This document shows positions 24,515 through 32,402 of a stretch of DNA of 64,000 nt, one piece after another. The position numbers were made by a program, and so were the translations under genes. Each line of letters starts with the position of its first letter. Within the stretch, counting starts at the first letter, position 1. The notes beneath the pieces were generated by a model, which saw only the letters and a list, made by a program, of their open reading frames with translations, was not told the origin of the DNA and did not search any database. The DNA comes from a virus: IMG/VR virus record IMGVR_UViG_3300045999_011383. One strand, given 5' to 3'.

Positions 24515-26389
24515 TTACTTTGTCAAGCGTTTTTTCTTAAATCTTTTAGGCTTTTGATAAACCAGCCTAACATTATGGTATTTGACCTCTCCCAATTCAA
24601 AACCACCATTCTGTTTATGATTTCTAGCAGCATTGGTATCAGCTTGTTGGGCAACGTCAAATAATTTACAGTCAGGGTTTTTACAGACAAATTCATACTG
24701 CGATCGCCTTTCCCCTTTCTGTCCGCAACAATGGCATATTTGAGAGCTATAATTAGCAGGTGGTTCATGGAAGTTGCCACCTCTATTTTCTATTTTTTGC
24801 TTGGTTTTAGCTTTCAAGTCACCTAAACATCTTTGTCTCATAATCCAGTTTAAACCACGTTTAGCAGATGCACCATTGTGAGCATATCCCACACCCTCTG
24901 GTAATGCTTTTGGATCTACTTGTTTAAGTAAGTTGGTAACTTGTGTATCCTCCCAAGATATATGTTCATAAGTGCGAGATAATCTTGTGGATAACTTGTG
25001 ATTAAAGGCATTAGAGGAATTAGCCCCGCGTTCGTGTAGACGGCTGATTTTTTGTTGTAACTTAGATTCATTCTTTGTCTTGATTCTAGAGGTCTTGTTG
25101 CCTAAGCTTTTCCATTTTTTATCATTAATTAATTCAGCGTTGTCTAGACGTGATTGTAATTCCTCAATGTGAATTGAGATCCGCTCCCTAGTAAGGTTAG
25201 GAAGGAATAAAGCCCCATGATCTGTAGACACTACAGCCTGTACCCCAGGGTCAATACCCGCACTCAGATTTTTACCTTTTAAAACTGATGACTGCTTAAT
25301 TTGTTGCTCAATGAATTTCAGTTTTGACTTGATATCTTGGTACTCTTCACTGTCTTCACCAAACTCTTTTTTTACCTTGGGTAACTTATTTGTTAGTACA
25401 GACTTTTCCTCTTGCAATGGGTGAGCAACTACAATATTAATGTAGTATCCTGACTGCTGTTTGGTAATCATGTATGTCCGTGGCAAAACCTGAGAAAGAT
25501 TCAATCTTTTTACCCAGTTTTTGTCAGCAATAGTGATGGGAGTAAGTCCGGTGACAGTAACTATGTTTTTGTCAATGTCAATCCTGTTAGGCGCACATTG
25601 ATTATTAGATAAAGTTGCAATCTTGTCTACATCTTTTTTGAATTTTGGCTTTCTACTGTTTATCCTTTTAGGATCTAAAAATGCCTTCCAAGATTCCTTA
25701 AAAAATGCTAACAGCCCGCCAATATAGTGGGAAGAAACCTGCAAGTCTGGTAAATTTTGGAATGCTCTTAAAGTATTTAATCCAGTCACGTTGTCAAGTT
25801 TTTCCAAAGTAGTCAGTTCCCTACCCTCATACTTTCCACTAGGGAATGTGCGGTATTTGTGAGGGACTATTTCTATCCGTTGCCAGGGCTTATCGCCTTT
25901 AACTAATTTGTACCCCTTGACGTAAATAACGCCTTTTTTGGTATTAACTGGAATATTGATATTTTCATCTCTCTTCCAATAATTCCCGCCTGTGGCTATT
26001 TGACAGGATAATCCTTCATAAGCACTATTTCCAAGCCTTAATGGCACAGGAATAATGCCTTCCAAGCTAAATGGACTCCATCTGGTAAATATCTCAAATT
26101 CTTTCTTGCTAACTAATTCCTGTTCTTTTTTAGACAGCTTAGGCTTATCCTTGGTGGAATAGTAATCTTTAACTAATTGTTGTTGCTCAGGTTTAAGTTT
26201 TTCCAGTTTTTCAGTAGCCTTGGTTAAATCTGCACTGCGTTTAGCAGCCCAAGCATACCAATCTACGCAGTGATTGTGTAGTTGGTTGGAAAGTGCTAAA
26301 TTCCACAGCCATGTTAATTCATCTAAGTAGCGATCGCACACAGCCGCCTGTTCTGATGAGAGTTTGATTTTAATCTTAATTGTCTTCAT
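24515..26389 (-). CDS. cas12: TnpB-like type V CRISPR effector (Cas12 family), RuvC residues intact
   Basis: 624 aa. TnpB-like N-terminus IKIKLSSEQAAVCDRYLDELTWLWNLALSN. RuvC-I GIDPGVQAVVSTDHG, RuvC-II HISWEDTQVTNL, zinc finger CHCCG..x13..CKNPDC, RuvC-III QADTNAARN. Adjacent to the array. Confidence 0.85.
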   Translation of the reverse strand: MKTIKIKIKLSSEQAAVCDRYLDELTWLWNLALSNQLHNHCVDWYAWAAKRSADLTKATEKLEKLKPEQQQLVKDYYSTKDKPKLSKKEQELVSKKEFEIFTRWSPFSLEGIIPVPLRLGNSAYEGLSCQIATGGNYWKRDENINIPVNTKKGVIYVKGYKLVKGDKPWQRIEIVPHKYRTFPSGKYEGRELTTLEKLDNVTGLNTLRAFQNLPDLQVSSHYIGGLLAFFKESWKAFLDPKRINSRKPKFKKDVDKIATLSNNQCAPNRIDIDKNIVTVTGLTPITIADKNWVKRLNLSQVLPRTYMITKQQSGYYINIVVAHPLQEEKSVLTNKLPKVKKEFGEDSEEYQDIKSKLKFIEQQIKQSSVLKGKNLSAGIDPGVQAVVSTDHGALFLPNLTRERISIHIEELQSRLDNAELINDKKWKSLGNKTSRIKTKNESKLQQKISRLHERGANSSNAFNHKLSTRLSRTYEHISWEDTQVTNLLKQVDPKALPEGVGYAHNGASAKRGLNWIMRQRCLGDLKAKTKQKIENRGGNFHEPPANYSSQICHCCGQKGERRSQYEFVCKNPDCKLFDVAQQADTNAARNHKQNGGFELGEVKYHNVRLVYQKPKRFKKKRLTK

Positions 26390-27189
26390 GTCCGTCGTCT
26401 TCCTGTTGTTTTTGTCAATTGGTGTTGATGTAAATAGCTGTTTTGTGCTATATTGTTAGTTGCCGCTCCCCCAAACTAGCGGCTAAGTACCTGGTAATAG
26501 AAACGTCGTTATTGGTACTAACCGCGTTTTTTGGTATTTATTTAGGATAGCACAAATTTGGTAATTTAAAAATATTTTTTATATTAAAAATTAGACATTA
26601 ACTGATAGTTGCATACACCCCAAATCTTTACCCCAGTCATGTTTTAACTAATTCCTGCTTTCTTTTGTAAGACAATAATGTCAGACAATGTAAACAATGT
26701 AGACAAATAATCTTGTTTGAAAACAGCCACAGAACCCGTCATTTTAACCACTGGGTTCTTATTACTTATTGACAATTAGTAGATTAATAAATGTCTGCTG
26801 ATTAGGCAGACGGTATTGCACAGGTGACAACCGAGTTATTAGTATAGCATCATAGCAAGTTATTTATACAACAATTAAACAATTGCAAAATTCCGTATAC
26901 TTTAGGGTTGGCACTGGAAAACTATAAGGATATTATAGGGATATAGAGTATCTAAGCGGAATGCCCTTCATAAGAGGATTTGAGAAAAGAACTAACACCA
27001 CAGATATCTGTTGTTCCTGAGACAAAGGTGCGCCTGCTGCGCTTAAACACTATTACAGAAAAAACAAATAGACTTTGTTTCAGAATTTATAAAGCAATTT
27101 TAAAGCGTACTTATTGCATAAATAAAAAAATACCCACTAAAGCGTGTTAGTGGGTAGTGGAAATAAGCTACTTCACTGGAATACTTGCA

Positions 27190-27441
27190 TTAAATTAACT
27201 CCAGCAAAATTGTTAATGCGGACTGGATACTGTTAATAGCATCTTTGATTAATGCCCGCTTTTGGGTTGCGGGTTTGTTTGGACTAGAAACTAATAACTC
27301 ATCATTAGCTATTAGTTTCATGAATTTGGAAATGTTGGGGTCTTCACCCCACAGGCAGCCAAACTCCAAAGCTTTATTCTCTAGCTTGGCTTTGTCTTCC
27401 ATTGAGATAGAGAGCGTGATGCTCTCTTGTTTTCTACTCAT
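27190..27441 (-). CDS. ribbon-helix-helix (CopG/Arc-like) small regulator
   Basis: ESITLSISMEDKAKLENKALEFG has a beta-strand-then-helix pattern. Start overlaps the upstream ORF stop (ATGA). Confidence 0.5.
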   Translation of the reverse strand: MSRKQESITLSISMEDKAKLENKALEFGCLWGEDPNISKFMKLIANDELLVSSPNKPATQKRALIKDAINSIQSALTILLELI

Positions 27442-27947
27442 AGAGAAATATTCCCTTTATTTTCAATCCACCATTTTGCGGACGTGGGAATTTTCTTATT
27501 GTTTTTTAGTGCGATCGCAACATCATCTATTGCTCTAACTGCTATAGATTTAGCCCATTTAATCTGCTTTTCAGAGCCTTCAAACTTTAGCGACTCTACA
27601 TAATTAAGAGCATCTTCTCTGTTGCTTTCTGAGACTGGATCTTCTTCCTCGATCTCATAATCGCACGGAATACTATCTAAATTCTTTAAAACAGCACTGA
27701 AAATTATTTCATTTATAGGTACAGAAGAGAGAATAAAACTCTCTTCTCTGATTACCTCTAGAACTAAATCTTCAGCAATAGATTGATAGGTTTCACCTGG
27801 CTCTAACTGGAACTCAGAATTGCTCACTAAATATTCCACTACCTTTCTAACGGCTTTCTGGCATTCTGGATTTCTAAAATCCACACGAATCATTTGAAGC
27901 CCAGAAGTGTCAAATTTATTTAAAAGCCTTCTTTGTTTGATAGCCAT
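27438..27947 (-). CDS. hypothetical acidic protein (169 aa)
   Basis: Co-transcribed with the RHH gene. No motif recognised. Confidence 0.5.
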   Translation of the reverse strand: MAIKQRRLLNKFDTSGLQMIRVDFRNPECQKAVRKVVEYLVSNSEFQLEPGETYQSIAEDLVLEVIREESFILSSVPINEIIFSAVLKNLDSIPCDYEIEEEDPVSESNREDALNYVESLKFEGSEKQIKWAKSIAVRAIDDVAIALKNNKKIPTSAKWWIENKGNISL

Positions 27948-28108
27948 GATACAATACCTTTAAACGATGTTTTACTTAGAGGCTTGGGCTTGCTCCCCTT
28001 GCCTCTATATTTATATCATTACACAATATTTTATCCTTGTCAATAGCAAAGTGTCCGTATTTTAAATATTTTGTACTGAACTTTTGAAGTTGTAAATTGT
28101 ACAACATA

Positions 28109-28207
28109 AAAAGAAGTAAACGACGTAACCGACATCAACTAAAACAGCAACTAAGAAAATTAGATGCGATCGCACTTAAACAAATCCATAGCAGCTTGGG
28201 GGGATAA
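28109..28207 (+). pseudogene. N-terminal fragment homologous to ORF 39453..39776
   Basis: Translates as KRSKRRNRHQLKQQLRKLDAIALKQIHSSLGG*, compared with KRQARRHRHLLKKQLRELDAIAKKQINNNYNL.. in the 107-aa protein. It has no ATG and lacks the Cys-rich remainder. Confidence 0.4.
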
Positions 28208-28413
28208 ACCCGACATATCTAAGCTTTTAAGTAGATAGCCCAACGGGAAATACTGCTTTCTTGTTCTGATAAACCCACCAAAAAACAAAGTCCTTTAATT
28301 AAAGAAGCGATCGCGCTTATTCAAAAAGGATTGTCAATTTTAATAGAATTAATTTAGTTTTTAAAGCGCTCTTGACAGGGCGTTTTTTGTTGTTTAAAAA
28401 CTTAATTTAATTG

Positions 28414-28443
28414 TTGATTAATTGTTAATCAATGTGTTATACT
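28414..28443 (+). promoter_or_regulatory. candidate promoter of the csf operon (TTGATT-18-TGtTATACT, extended -10)
   Basis: ttgattaattgttaatcaatgtgttatact, 38 nt upstream of the GTG at 28481. Confidence 0.4.
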
Positions 28444-28480
28444 AAATCAAGATTAAATTACTTTAGTTTGGGAAAGTAAA

Positions 28481-28999
28481 GTGACAACCAATCATTACGG
28501 AATGCCACAGACACGAGACAAGTGTTATGGCGTGGCTGCTTGTTTAAGTTATTGGGTTTTTAAATGCCGTGACAGGAAACGTAGTCCAGCCATGGGAACT
28601 AAAACCTGGACATATTTGGAATCTTCTATCAAGAATTGTGCAGAAATATCCACAAATTTAGAAGATTATCTACAAAATCTTTGTGATAAATTGATATCGC
28701 AATTAAGACCTGTAGAGCTAACCAAAATTATTCAACCAACTCAGAGAATACTGAGAATTAATGAAGATGCAACTGAAATCAAGGAACTACCAATAGATCG
28801 AAGTTTGGTTTTTATGGGGTGGCTTGACTTGCTTGCCGATATTGAACCCCACGGATTTAGTGAGTGGGACGTAATGGAATTGTTAAGAACAAAAACAGGA
28901 GTTATTCAAGTAATTTGTCGTCTGCGATTTGAAGAAGATAGAAGTGTGGGGCTTGATGAACCAGAAGAATTTATTGAGGTAGAGGTGACAAATGTTTGA
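28481..28999 (+). CDS. first gene of csf operon; possible Cas11-like small subunit (assignment by position and size only)
   Basis: 172 aa, GTG start. Its stop overlaps the csf2 ATG. No diagnostic motif. Confidence 0.4.
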   Translation: MTTNHYGMPQTRDKCYGVAACLSYWVFKCRDRKRSPAMGTKTWTYLESSIKNCAEISTNLEDYLQNLCDKLISQLRPVELTKIIQPTQRILRINEDATEIKELPIDRSLVFMGWLDLLADIEPHGFSEWDVMELLRTKTGVIQVICRLRFEEDRSVGLDEPEEFIEVEVTNV

Positions 29000-30125
29000 T
29001 AATTATAATATTTTTGACAGAGAGAAATTAACCCTGCATTGCTTAATCACGCTACAGACACCATTGAGCCATATAGGCGAAGTGTCTGGCAATGTTAGCA
29101 ATCTGAAAACTACTAAGTTATTGGACTTTGAAGGTAATCCTAGAAGTGTTTTTGTCTATTCTGGTAATGCAATCAGAAACGGTATTTTGCGCCGGGTAGG
29201 AGTGGCAGCAGCACTCACGGAATTAGGAATTAAGGTAAATCCAGATACTCACCATACAATGTTTGCTGGCGGGCGAATTGATGGGGGGACAGCTTCGGAT
29301 ATGGAACTGGATAAAAAGATCCGGGTCTTTATGCCTTGGCTATCAGTATTGGGAACAGCCAAACCCATAGGTGTTTTTGGGACTAAAGAAGCCCAGATGG
29401 TAGCTGGTAGAAGTAATATTGGCAGTGGTTATTTAGTCTGCTATGAGTCAGCAGAATACGTTTACAACCAACTCCCAGCAGTTTTACCACCGGAAATACA
29501 GCCAACTATGGCCTTATTAATTGAAGCTAAAACCAGACTTTCTTCCGACCCTTTTGTATCCACAAAATCAGAAGACTTAACTAACTGGAATCAAGCAAAA
29601 TCAGAATGTTTGCCACTGATCAAAAAAGCAATGAAAACATGGACTGAATACTTAACAATTGATCAGACAACTCGCAGAGATAGCACTTTAGATCCCAACT
29701 TACTCAAATTTCTACCATCAGAAGTACAAGCACAATTAACAGGTGATGGTAAAACTAAAGAAAAAACTAAATCAGATCAGATGATTGCGTCTGACAGGCT
29801 GATCATGCCCGGTGCTAAACTTTATTCTCGATGGGATCTAACTTGTACTCAAATAGAAGAGGGATGGATATTTGATACTTTACTCAAGTTTTCAGAATCA
29901 CCTTATATTGGTGGTAAAGGCAATCGTGGCAATGGCAGGGTTCATCTTGATTTCTGGTTTCAGTCTGACCATGAACGGGGGTTATTGTGTTCTCTGAAAG
30001 ATGGAATTATGGGAGATAGGTTTCTTAATTCCCATCAAAAATATCGGGAATATATCAATCAGTATCAGCAGTTTTTAAGTGAAGCAAAAACATCCAAGGA
30101 ATTAAGGAAGTTGTTAGGTGAATAA
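28992..30125 (+). CDS. csf2: Csf2-like Cas7-family RAMP (type IV backbone subunit)
   Basis: LITLQTPLSHIGEVSG....VFVYSGNAIRNGILRR is the RAMP N-terminal motif. Also MFAGGRIDGG and WLSVLGTA, with C-terminal G-rich loop YIGGKGNRGNGRVHLDF. Confidence 0.75.
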   Translation: MFDNYNIFDREKLTLHCLITLQTPLSHIGEVSGNVSNLKTTKLLDFEGNPRSVFVYSGNAIRNGILRRVGVAAALTELGIKVNPDTHHTMFAGGRIDGGTASDMELDKKIRVFMPWLSVLGTAKPIGVFGTKEAQMVAGRSNIGSGYLVCYESAEYVYNQLPAVLPPEIQPTMALLIEAKTRLSSDPFVSTKSEDLTNWNQAKSECLPLIKKAMKTWTEYLTIDQTTRRDSTLDPNLLKFLPSEVQAQLTGDGKTKEKTKSDQMIASDRLIMPGAKLYSRWDLTCTQIEEGWIFDTLLKFSESPYIGGKGNRGNGRVHLDFWFQSDHERGLLCSLKDGIMGDRFLNSHQKYREYINQYQQFLSEAKTSKELRKLLGE

Positions 30126-30804
30126 TTTAAAAGTCACTGCATATTTGTCTACACCGATTGGTGTCTATGACAATTGGAGTCCTTCTTTGGAGGGACTTCT
30201 TACCTATAGATTACTAGAAGAAAATAATCTATTGTCTCCCAATCCCACCGCAGAGCAAGTAGCAAAGGTTCAGAATTTTTTAGTAAATGAATTACCGCTT
30301 AAACAGAATACAATAATGAATGATAAGTATTTCTGTGTAAGTTCACCTTGCTATGTGGTTCAAGGTGAGGCTACTGATAAATATCGGAAAAGATGGGACA
30401 ATCACGAAAATAATCTGAACTGGGGAAAAAGAAAGCCTAAATTCTTGACGGGTGAAGGTGCAGAAAAGTCCTATGATTTACCGCTATACACTCGTTTAAC
30501 AAATAGTATTAGTTGGTTTGTAACAGGCGACAGAACCAAGATTGACGCTCTATTGTCACCTGTTACCCATATTCAGAAAAAACGAAGTTATGGCAATGGT
30601 GAAGTTAAGCAATGGCAACTAGAAATAGTTTATGACGACTATCATTTGTGGCGAGATAATAAACTAATGCGTCCTATGCCCGTGAAGTTAATATCACAAA
30701 AAATAGATAATCCTCAAATGATTTGGGGATGGAAAAGCCCGTCTTGGTTAGCAGAAAATAAAGAACTTTGTTATATGCCAAAGGACAATGTGATTTATGC
30801 TTAG
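30118..30804 (+). CDS. csf3: Csf3-like Cas5-family RAMP
   Basis: KVTAYLSTPIGVYDNWSPSLEGLLTY at the N-terminus and G-rich loop KKRSYGNGEVKQW. GTG start overlaps the csf2 stop. Confidence 0.6.
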   Translation: MNNLKVTAYLSTPIGVYDNWSPSLEGLLTYRLLEENNLLSPNPTAEQVAKVQNFLVNELPLKQNTIMNDKYFCVSSPCYVVQGEATDKYRKRWDNHENNLNWGKRKPKFLTGEGAEKSYDLPLYTRLTNSISWFVTGDRTKIDALLSPVTHIQKKRSYGNGEVKQWQLEIVYDDYHLWRDNKLMRPMPVKLISQKIDNPQMIWGWKSPSWLAENKELCYMPKDNVIYA

Positions 30805-31543
30805 TAATGGCTCTGGGGTTCAATACCCTTGGTTGAAAAAGAAAATTACTAAAGCTATTAATTTCATTAATCAGTGGCTAGAACAATGCAACTATCAGGT
30901 TTATGCAAGTATTTCCGGTGGTAAAGATAGCTTAGTAATGTCTCATTTGATCAGGAAAGTTTACCCTGATTGCCCGTTAGTTTGGGTAAATCAAGGGCTG
31001 TTAGCAGAATGGGATGATTGTATTGAATTATTGGAATACTTGAAAACTCAAAACTGGAACATTATTGAGCTTTGTCCAGTTCGTGATTTATGGCATTTAT
31101 ACATAGATCACGGAGTTCCGTTAGAGGGTACGATGGATACAAAAGTAGATAAATTAATCAACCAAAAATTGATTTATGATCCATTGCAAGAATACCAAGA
31201 AATCAACAATATCAAAGGGTACGCATGGGGAATAAGGAAGCAAGAAAGCAAAAACAGAGCATTTTATCTTAACAAGTACGGTGAAGTTCATGAACTAAAA
31301 AATGGGTTAATTTGTTGCTCGCCTATTGCTCACTGGACTACAGAAGAAATATGGCAGTACATAGATATGTACTCACTCAAATACCCAGCAATTTATGACA
31401 TTAACAAAATGACAGTCAGGAATGGTTGCCCGATTGGAACTACAGGAGCAAACTGGGGTAGATTAGCTGAATTAAAAAGATATTACCCCAATATTTACAA
31501 CCAATTTGTTGATAAATTCCCACAAATATCGAACTATGTCTAA
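30797..31543 (+). CDS. cysH: PAPS-reductase / CysH-like PP-loop enzyme
   Basis: PP-loop ASISGGKDSLVM, then WGIRKQESKNR and PIAHWTTEEIWQYI. Embedded inside the csf operon with overlapping junctions. Confidence 0.85.
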   Translation: MLSNGSGVQYPWLKKKITKAINFINQWLEQCNYQVYASISGGKDSLVMSHLIRKVYPDCPLVWVNQGLLAEWDDCIELLEYLKTQNWNIIELCPVRDLWHLYIDHGVPLEGTMDTKVDKLINQKLIYDPLQEYQEINNIKGYAWGIRKQESKNRAFYLNKYGEVHELKNGLICCSPIAHWTTEEIWQYIDMYSLKYPAIYDINKMTVRNGCPIGTTGANWGRLAELKRYYPNIYNQFVDKFPQISNYV

Positions 31544-32294
31544 TTGCTACCTTTGCGCTAAACCAGCATCAAATCCACTAGAATTATCCAATACTTTCAC
31601 CATGCACTCATCGGCTAAGTGTCCAGACTCTAAGCTGCTGTGCGATCGCTGCTATTCTACAATTTCTGGTAATCAAAAGCAGTTATGGTATTGGAATGAA
31701 GGTAAAAATAAGTGGTCAAAACTGTGGGGACGATCTTTGTCCAGGGTGTACCAAGGCGATACTTTAATAGCACCAATAATTAAAGGCACTCACACTGAAG
31801 GCAAAGATACTTTCAGTGTGGTTAGAAACTTATTGACGCGGGTAGAAATCAGGGAATATTTATTAAATCCTCCTGAGCCACCGTTCACTATCGCTATAGC
31901 AGAATCAGGACAAAAACACATTATCCCATGGGCATTAGAAGCGCGTAGCTGTAACTTTTTTCCAATTCAATTTGAGTTAGACACGGTTTATATTGACAAC
32001 AGATTCAAGGAATCTTTGCAAGTATATGAACAACTAATGGGATTAGGGTTTAGTAAGTCTGAAATTGATTCAGGAAACTACAGAAGCGATAGATTGATGA
32101 AAGTGTTTGATAAATTTTGGGAACTTGAGGAATCCATAAAAGCCATTAGAGGGACTAGATTAATGGAATTAATAAATTACGTCGCTCAACTACAATCAAG
32201 TGCCGTCGTGGCGGAAATAAAGCCAATTCCTGTAATTCCTGTTTCTCCCACGAGTCCAGACAAATCAAATCCAGTTCAGTTATCGTTGTTTTAG
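31536..32294 (+). CDS. csf1: Csf1-like zinc-finger large-subunit protein
   Basis: Tracked ORF trimmed to the ATG at 31536 (ATGTCTAA overlap with the cysH-like stop). N-terminal CYLC..x21..C..x6..CDRC cysteine cluster; about 250 aa. Confidence 0.55.
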   Translation: MSNCYLCAKPASNPLELSNTFTMHSSAKCPDSKLLCDRCYSTISGNQKQLWYWNEGKNKWSKLWGRSLSRVYQGDTLIAPIIKGTHTEGKDTFSVVRNLLTRVEIREYLLNPPEPPFTIAIAESGQKHIIPWALEARSCNFFPIQFELDTVYIDNRFKESLQVYEQLMGLGFSKSEIDSGNYRSDRLMKVFDKFWELEESIKAIRGTRLMELINYVAQLQSSAVVAEIKPIPVIPVSPTSPDKSNPVQLSLF

Positions 32295-32310
32295 CAAAAA
32301 CCCTTATAAT

Positions 32311-32402
32311 TCCGATCCGTTAAAAATAACGCTGGAGTCTTTAAAATCAACGCTGGAGTCAGCAAAGATAACGCTGGAGTCCTTAAAATTAACATTGGAG
32401 TC
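32311..32402. repeat. iteron cluster: 4 x AACGCTGGAGTC-type 12-mers at exact 21-bp spacing
   Basis: Cores at 32328, 32349, 32370 and 32391 (the last reads aacattggagtc). The 29-nt lead-in tccgatccgttaaaaataacgctggagtc matches 50459-50487 at 27 of 29 positions. Confidence 0.75.

Noticed and set aside
24515-26389. The idea that this is Cas12k of a CRISPR-associated Tn7-like transposon (type V-K CAST), prompted by the cyanobacterial context, similar size and GTTTCAAC...GTTG.AAG repeat ends.
   Set aside because: The RuvC D/E/D residues are intact, whereas Cas12k is inactive. No tnsB, tnsC or tniQ-like genes or transposon ends are visible in the window.
26668-26685. A 10-nt match (tttgtaagac) between this region and spacer 15, considered as a possible self-target.
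   Set aside because: It is too short and is not extended on either side, so it is consistent with chance.
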